NCBI GenBank assembly: GCA_047974765.1
Contig: JBKECP010000027.1
Coordinates: 1 to 64,000, forward strand
DNA: 64,000 nucleotides
Direction: 5' to 3'
Origin: Parahaliea sp.
GTDB lineage: Bacteria > Pseudomonadota > Gammaproteobacteria > Pseudomonadales > Halieaceae
Part shown: one piece after another, positions 58,543 through 64,000 of the stretch
Position numbering within the stretch: position 1 is the first letter of the stretch
Layout of the letters: every line of letters begins with the position of its first letter
Translations under genes and position numbers: made by a program
Notes under the pieces: model-generated
The model's input: only the letters and a program-made list of their open reading frames with translations
What the model was told of the DNA's origin: nothing
Database searches by the model: none

Positions 58543-59937
58543 TCAGTGGTGTATGGCCTTGCCGCAGGCATCGAGAATGGCTTCATGCATGGCCTCTGTC
58601 AGCGTTGGGTGTGCGATGATGGCGTGCAATATTTCCTCCTCCGTACCTTCCAGTGCTTGCACCAGAGAAAAACCCTGTATCTGCTCGGTAACTTCACTGC
58701 CGATCATATGGGCACCGAGCAGCTCGCCGCTATTACTGTCAAACAGCACTTTTACAAAACCTGCATCTTCAGCAATGGCCAGTGCTTTACCATTGGCTGA
58801 AAAGCTGAATTGACCGGTTTTGTAGGCAATGCCCTGGGCTTTCAGTGCCCGTTCGGTCCGGCCGATACTTGCCACCTGGGGACGCCCATAGGTACAGCGG
58901 GGAATATTCTGTTCTGCCAGCGGCCTGACACCGGCCACGCCAGCCAGTTTTTCCACACAGATAACAGCCTCATGGCTGGCCTTGTGCGCCAGACAGGGTG
59001 GACCGGCCACATCACCAATGGCGTAAAGCCCTACTACATTGGTACGACTCCATTGATCGGTACAGATAAAACTGTGCTCGATTTTTGCACCCAGCTCTTC
59101 CAGCCCCAGATCTTCGATATTGCCCTGGACACCCACTGACACCAGCACTTTATCTACTGTGCGCTCTTCAATATTGCCCTGTTTGTCGATAAGACGGCAG
59201 CTGATACTGTCCTCGGTTTTACTGACAGATTCCACCTGGGTAGCAACATGTATCTCAATACCGCGGTTCTCAAACTGCTTGTGCGCATAGGCACAGATAT
59301 CGCTATCCTCCGCTGGCAGAACGGCATCCAGTGCCTCCACCAGAATAACCTTGCTGCCAAGATCACTGTACAGGCTGGCAAACTCGACACCGATGGCACC
59401 GGAGCCAATTACCAGCAGGGATTCAGGCAGAGTATCTGGCACCATGGCATCGGCGCAGGACCAGATCTGTTCGCCATCGGGCACAACACCTGGCAATACC
59501 CGCGGACGGGCACCCGTGGCCAGAATAATGTGATCTGCGCTGTAAGCACTGCTGTCATTGCCTTGCGTGACTGCCAGCTGACACTTGCCTGTCATGCGGG
59601 CAGTGCCCCGGATAATATCAACAGCATGTTTTTTCAGCAGATAATCAACCCCCGCCGCCAGCTGCTCTGAAACAGCCCGACTGTGCCGGACCAGCTGTGC
59701 AATATCAAAGCTGACATCGCCCACATTAAAACCGTAGCGACTGGCTCCGGCAATGGTGTGTGCGACCTGCGCACCCTTGAGCAATGCCTTGGTGGGAATG
59801 CAGCCCCAGTTCAGGCAGATACCACCCAGATGCTGCTTTTCAATTACGGCTGTTTTCAGCCCCAGCTGAGCGCCGCGAATGGCAGCGACATAACCGCCGG
59901 GGCCAGCCCCCACTACCAGGAGGTCGTAATGTGTCAC
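58543..59937 (-). CDS. lpd: Dihydrolipoyl dehydrogenase (E3)
   Basis: MTHYDLLVVGAGPGGYVAA... is the FAD motif. ..GGICLNWGCIPTK is the redox disulfide. Catalytic His-Pro-Glu residues are C-terminal (..HAHPTLTE..). Confidence 0.9.
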   Translation of the reverse strand: MTHYDLLVVGAGPGGYVAAIRGAQLGLKTAVIEKQHLGGICLNWGCIPTKALLKGAQVAHTIAGASRYGFNVGDVSFDIAQLVRHSRAVSEQLAAGVDYLLKKHAVDIIRGTARMTGKCQLAVTQGNDSSAYSADHIILATGARPRVLPGVVPDGEQIWSCADAMVPDTLPESLLVIGSGAIGVEFASLYSDLGSKVILVEALDAVLPAEDSDICAYAHKQFENRGIEIHVATQVESVSKTEDSISCRLIDKQGNIEERTVDKVLVSVGVQGNIEDLGLEELGAKIEHSFICTDQWSRTNVVGLYAIGDVAGPPCLAHKASHEAVICVEKLAGVAGVRPLAEQNIPRCTYGRPQVASIGRTERALKAQGIAYKTGQFSFSANGKALAIAEDAGFVKVLFDSNSGELLGAHMIGSEVTEQIQGFSLVQALEGTEEEILHAIIAHPTLTEAMHEAILDACGKAIHH

Positions 59938-59952
59938 TGTTGACTCCTTGGC

Positions 59953-61524
59953 TCAGGCCAGCATAAGTGCAGGGGTTTCAAGCAGGCGCTTGAGCCTGTC
60001 CATAAATTGTGCTCCGACGGCACCGTCAATAACCCGGTGATCAAAAGAAGCGCAGAGTGTAATAAGCGTCGCTATCACAACTTCACCATTGCGTACCACG
60101 GCCTGCTGCTGCCCTGCGCCAACGGCTAAAATACCCGCCTGAGGGGCGTTGATAATGGCGTCGAAGCGGGAGATGCCATACATACCCAGATTGGAAAGAG
60201 TGAAGGTGCCACCCATGAAATCATCGGCAGCCAGTGTCCCGGTGCGGGCACGGGTAGCCAGCTCACGGATTGCACCGGAAATTTCTGACAGGGATTTCTT
60301 ATCTGCCGCTTTTACAATGGGGGTAATCAGACCATTGTCCAATGCCACTGCAACAGCCACATCAGCGCGGCTAAAACGCCGGATAGTCTGGCCATCAAAC
60401 TGTATATTTACATCGGGTGAGTCGATCAGTGCCGTCGCCACCGCCTTTACCAAAAAGTCGTTGACTGAAATCTTCAGCCCTGGATGGTTGTCATTGATCT
60501 GCTTGCGCACCGCCAGCAGTTTGTCAATTTCGCAGTCCATACTCAGACGAAAATGTGGCGCATTCTGTTTGGATGCCTGCAAACGGGTGGCAATGGTCCT
60601 GCGCATACCGCTCATCGGCTGCTCTTCAAATACCGGTGTTTGATCAGGTGCTTGTGAATCGGTATCGGAACTGCTTTTTTGCACAGGCGATTGCATATGT
60701 TTATGTCGGCGCAGCGCCTGAGCCGCTTCTACATCAGCTTTGCAAACTCGCCCACGAGCACCAGATTGGCGGCAGTCGTGCAGATTGATACCCAGCTTAC
60801 CTGCCAGTCGGCGGGCAAGGGCCGTGGCCCGAACATGGCTATCATCAAGGTTGTGACCTGCGGTCTGTGCTGCACCGGACACATCGACCGCTCGCAGTGA
60901 AGGTGATGGCAGCGGTACTCCCACTGCCGCCAGTGCAGCCAGAACATCGGCCCGCGAGATACGATTATTGCGACCAGTGCCAGTGATATTATTAAGATTG
61001 ACACGGTGCTCACGGGCCAGTCTGCGCGCATGGACTGAGGCGTGCAAATGCTCGTCACTGCCTCCCTTCCCCAGAGCAGCCAGCGCCTCATTGTGCCCAA
61101 CCGCTGTTGCTGGCAGGTCACGGGCTGTTGTGGCCGTTAATTCCATATTGTCGGCCATATCAAGTGGTGCCGCTGCTTCTGCTTCTCTTGCATCCTTCTT
61201 GCTGCCCAGCAGGTCTGTCTGGGCAACACCCTCGGGTATATAGGCGGCAACAAAGGCATCGATATCAGCCTCGCTGGTATCCGGTGCCGCCACCACGCCC
61301 AACAAGGCGGCAATTTCCAGAGTGTCACCGGGTTTGGCAACCTTGCGCCGGAATACACCGGCGACATTGGCCTCCACCGTATTGACGATCTTGCTGGTTT
61401 CCATATCGGCCACCACATCGCCCACGGCTACCGTATCACCCTCCTGGATCAACCATTCAGTGAGGGTGCCCTCGGTCATAGTCAATCCCCATTTGGGGAC
61501 TGTAATTGCTTGTATTACTGACAT
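59953..61524 (-). CDS. Dihydrolipoamide acyltransferase E2 component with one lipoyl domain and two peripheral-subunit-binding domains
   Basis: MSVIQAITVPKWGLTMTEG...DMETSKIV is the lipoyl-lysine motif. Two PSBD-like segments follow (..HARRLAREHRVNLNNITGTGRNNRISRADV.. and ..LARRLAGKLGINLHDCRQSGARGRVCKADV..). The catalytic ..DHRVIDGA.. is present. GGAGG ribosome-binding site before the ATG at 61524. Confidence 0.85.
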   Translation of the reverse strand: MSVIQAITVPKWGLTMTEGTLTEWLIQEGDTVAVGDVVADMETSKIVNTVEANVAGVFRRKVAKPGDTLEIAALLGVVAAPDTSEADIDAFVAAYIPEGVAQTDLLGSKKDAREAEAAAPLDMADNMELTATTARDLPATAVGHNEALAALGKGGSDEHLHASVHARRLAREHRVNLNNITGTGRNNRISRADVLAALAAVGVPLPSPSLRAVDVSGAAQTAGHNLDDSHVRATALARRLAGKLGINLHDCRQSGARGRVCKADVEAAQALRRHKHMQSPVQKSSSDTDSQAPDQTPVFEEQPMSGMRRTIATRLQASKQNAPHFRLSMDCEIDKLLAVRKQINDNHPGLKISVNDFLVKAVATALIDSPDVNIQFDGQTIRRFSRADVAVAVALDNGLITPIVKAADKKSLSEISGAIRELATRARTGTLAADDFMGGTFTLSNLGMYGISRFDAIINAPQAGILAVGAGQQQAVVRNGEVVIATLITLCASFDHRVIDGAVGAQFMDRLKRLLETPALMLA

Positions 61525-61534
61525 CGGAGGCCTC

Positions 61535-62590
61535 CTAACCCGTTGCGACTGACAGTTTGCTCTGGATCGGCGCCTGTGCAACCACTTCCAGTACCGCTGC
61601 CGCTACCTGTTCCGCGCTGGGCAACCAGGCCTGCTCCAGTGGCGAAGAGAACGGGGTCGGGCAATGAGGCGGTGTGACCATCCTGATTGGCGCCTTCAGG
61701 GCATAGAATGCCTCGCGGGCAACCAGTGCCGCCACATCATGGGCAAAGCCACAGCGGGCGGCACCTTCGTCGACAACCACTAAACGGCCGGTGGACTCAA
61801 CACTTTCCAGTATCGACTCTTCATCCAGCGGCGATGTCGTGCGCGGATCGATTACATCACAGTGAATGCCCTGTTTGGCCAACTCCATAGCGGCCCCCAG
61901 AGCCAGATGGGTCATCAGGCCAAGAGCGACAATGGTGACGTGCTCCCCTTCCATCAAAAAACTGGCCTCCCCGAAGGGGACAGTATAGGCTTCATCAGGC
62001 ACTTCAGCCGCCGCAGAAGGCAGGTCATAAAGTGCTTTATGCTCCATAAAAATAACCGGATCATCATCCCGAATAGCCTGAATCAACAAACCTTTTGCGT
62101 CATAGGCATTGGAGGGAACCGCGACCTTAAGGCCGGGAATCGAAGTGAATATATGGTGCAGGCTTTGAGAGTGCTGGGCCGCCGCTGAGGCACCGGCACC
62201 AATCATCGTGCGCACTGTCAGTGGCGTTACCGCCTTGCCACCAAACATATAGCGAAATTTGGGCACCTGATTTAGCAATACATCAAAACAGCTGCCGATA
62301 AAGTCGTTAAACATCAGCTCAGCTACCGGCCTCATACCGGATGCGGCCGCACCAGCGGCAATACCCATATAGCCCATTTCGGCAATTGGTGTATCAATCA
62401 CCCGCTCTTCACCAAATTCCAGTACCAGACCCTTGGTGATGCCCAGCACGCCACCGGCGGCATCCCGGCTCTGCCCCGGGCAGCCTTTGCCACCGGAAAC
62501 ATCGGTGCCGATAATAAAAACACGCTCATCGCGCTGCATTTCAAGCATCAGGGCCTCTGACAGAGCCTGGCGAAAACTTTTTTCAGTCAT
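61535..62590 (-). CDS. 2-oxoacid/acetoin dehydrogenase E1 beta subunit
   Basis: MTEKSFRQALSEALMLEMQRDERVFIIG... gives a 351-aa transketolase-like Pyr domain and C-terminal domain. GGGAGAAAT ribosome-binding site before the ATG at 62590. Confidence 0.85.
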   Translation of the reverse strand: MTEKSFRQALSEALMLEMQRDERVFIIGTDVSGGKGCPGQSRDAAGGVLGITKGLVLEFGEERVIDTPIAEMGYMGIAAGAAASGMRPVAELMFNDFIGSCFDVLLNQVPKFRYMFGGKAVTPLTVRTMIGAGASAAAQHSQSLHHIFTSIPGLKVAVPSNAYDAKGLLIQAIRDDDPVIFMEHKALYDLPSAAAEVPDEAYTVPFGEASFLMEGEHVTIVALGLMTHLALGAAMELAKQGIHCDVIDPRTTSPLDEESILESVESTGRLVVVDEGAARCGFAHDVAALVAREAFYALKAPIRMVTPPHCPTPFSSPLEQAWLPSAEQVAAAVLEVVAQAPIQSKLSVATG

Positions 62591-62604
62591 GTTATTTCTC
62601 CCGC

Positions 62605-63570
62605 TCAATAGCTGATGTAAACGTTGTTGCACAGAGATTGTGGTGAGGGCCATGGGGCTTGTTTCACCTGTGTCAGATAATCCTGAAACTGGGCAACAGT
62701 CGCCTCGTCAATAGCGTCAAAATCAGATTCAGATACCAGTCCCATGGCAATGGCATCCTTGCGGAATTGTTTAAGGCAATCGTTATCACGCAAACCCGCC
62801 AGTTCCTCTTTGGTGCGATAAAGCTGCGAATCACCCTCAAAGTGGCCATAAAAGCGTATTGCTTCAGCCTCAATGTAATACGGCCCCTTCCCTGCCCGGC
62901 AGTGCTCGATGGCCTCCCCTGCTTCCCGGTAAACTTCAAAAAAATTATTGCCGTTGATACGTTTAACCGGCATGCCAAAACCAGCCGCCCGCTCAGCAAT
63001 GGTATTGGCACCAAGTGAATAATCGATACCGGTAAACTCGCCGTAACCATTGTTTTCACAATAAAACAGCACCGGTAATTTCCAGATCACCGCCATATTC
63101 ATGGCTTCAAACATATAGCCTTCATTGGTGGAGCCATCGCCATGAAAACACACGGCCACATGCTGATTACCTTTGAGTTTCTGGGTCAGCGCAGCACCGG
63201 CAGCCAGCGGTCCACCGGCGCCAACAATACCATTGGCACCCAGGCTGCCCTTATCCAGATCGGCAATGTGCATGGAACCACCACGACCACCGCACAGGCC
63301 GTCTTCACGACCATAAAGCTCGTAAATCATACCTTTGGGGTCAGAACCCTTGGCCAGGCAGTGGCCGTGCCCACGGTGATTGCTGGCAATATAGTCATCG
63401 TCACTCAGATGGGCGCAAACACCAACTGCATTAGCCTCTTCGCCACAATAAAGGTGCAAAAAACCGGGAATTTCACCAGTGGTGTTCTGGCGGTGAATGA
63501 TCTCTTCAAATTCGCGGATCTGGCGCATTTTGCGATACCAGTTCAGCAGTTGCTCTTGGGTAAAGCTCAT
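62605..63570 (-). CDS. Acetoin:DCPIP oxidoreductase-like E1 alpha subunit (TPP-dependent)
   Basis: MSFTQEQLLNWYRKMRQIREFEE... and the TPP motif ..GDGSTNEGYMFEAMNMA.. give 321 aa. GGAGAAACCA ribosome-binding site before the ATG at 63570. Confidence 0.85.
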   Translation of the reverse strand: MSFTQEQLLNWYRKMRQIREFEEIIHRQNTTGEIPGFLHLYCGEEANAVGVCAHLSDDDYIASNHRGHGHCLAKGSDPKGMIYELYGREDGLCGGRGGSMHIADLDKGSLGANGIVGAGGPLAAGAALTQKLKGNQHVAVCFHGDGSTNEGYMFEAMNMAVIWKLPVLFYCENNGYGEFTGIDYSLGANTIAERAAGFGMPVKRINGNNFFEVYREAGEAIEHCRAGKGPYYIEAEAIRFYGHFEGDSQLYRTKEELAGLRDNDCLKQFRKDAIAMGLVSESDFDAIDEATVAQFQDYLTQVKQAPWPSPQSLCNNVYISY

Positions 63571-63930
63571 TGGTTTCTCCTTGGCATGCATGATGACAGT
63601 CGTGTCGGGGTAAAAAGTCTGCTATCAGGCGAGACATCCACCGAAGCCATAAACGGCTCTGGACAAAGCACAGCAACAGGTTTGAATAAAATTGACTCTG
63701 TTATGAACACCTTCCCTTGCTTCGAATCGTTATCAGGGTAAGGGGTGGGCGTGTATTCGCTCACCAACACGACTTACATTACGCCTGTCCAGACAGCAAA
63801 ACTTTACATTTTGCGCATAAAATTTTACTTTTCACGCAGAGTACAGATTGGTGACAGCCCTAATTGATTTGTTATCTCTAGTTGGAGCCATACTATTATT
63901 GACGAACTACCGCAGGTTTTAGAGGGCTTT

Positions 63931-64000
63931 TATGTCAGAACTGATTGATATCTCGGCCCTGTCGGCTTATCTGGAAAGCTGCGAGCGCCTGCATTTTAAC
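63931..64000 (+). CDS. 5' end of an unidentified gene, truncated by the window edge
   Basis: ATG at 63931 reads MSELIDISALSAYLESCERLHFN...; only 23 codons are visible. Confidence 0.25.

Noticed and set aside
1-64000. CRISPR arrays, rRNA genes, prophage structural genes
   Set aside because: I found no regularly spaced direct repeats, no rRNA-like conserved blocks and no phage morphogenesis genes on inspection. A T-arm motif (GGTTCGAATCC and its complement) occurs only in the region 18300-18440.

Overview
This 64-kb window is a chromosomal segment from a Gram-negative bacterium, probably a gammaproteobacterium. GC content is moderately high and the sequence is densely coding on both strands. 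Most of it is core metabolism and genome maintenance.

Genes in order:
- An IS110-family transposase remnant at the left edge, then a cation:proton antiporter.
- A cysI-like sulfite reductase with its DUF934 partner, metH, nfuA, and a class-I DAHP synthase.
- An alphaproteobacterial-type addB-addA helicase-nuclease pair.
- An AT-rich scar that carries a truncated HigA-like antitoxin.
- An SPFH/band-7 (slipin-like) gene.
- The RNA-repair module rtcB-rtcA with its divergent sigma54/CARF activator rtcR.
- A catabolic block: two quinohemoprotein PQQ alcohol dehydrogenases, an OYE flavoreductase, a UPF0261/PEP-hydrolase-like pair, a ZIP transporter, a Crp/Fnr regulator, a sulfatase, a hydratase/aldolase pair and an acyl-CoA synthetase.
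- A CoA-transferase pseudogene fragment, a RES-Xre toxin-antitoxin pair, a Tag-family glycosylase and sbcDC.
- A TRIC channel, sohB, nhaB, dnaQ, rnhA, a methyltransferase, gloB, mltD and rlmG.
- An acetoin-dehydrogenase-like acoA/acoB/acoC/lpd operon with a BFD-like ferredoxin and a Zn-ADH.

The most unusual signal is a very AT-rich tandem of tRNA-Lys-like elements immediately downstream of rtcA. One is a complete cloverleaf with a non-canonical anticodon loop. The other is a 5'-truncated tRNA-like fragment that keeps a UUU anticodon loop. Together they may be a tRNA mimic or decoy RNA associated with the Rtc repair system.

Other observations include a dispersed ~42-nt nested-palindrome repeat in three intergenic copies, a decayed toxin-antitoxin remnant, an E2 subunit with two E3/E1-binding domains, and several intergenic palindromes and candidate terminators.
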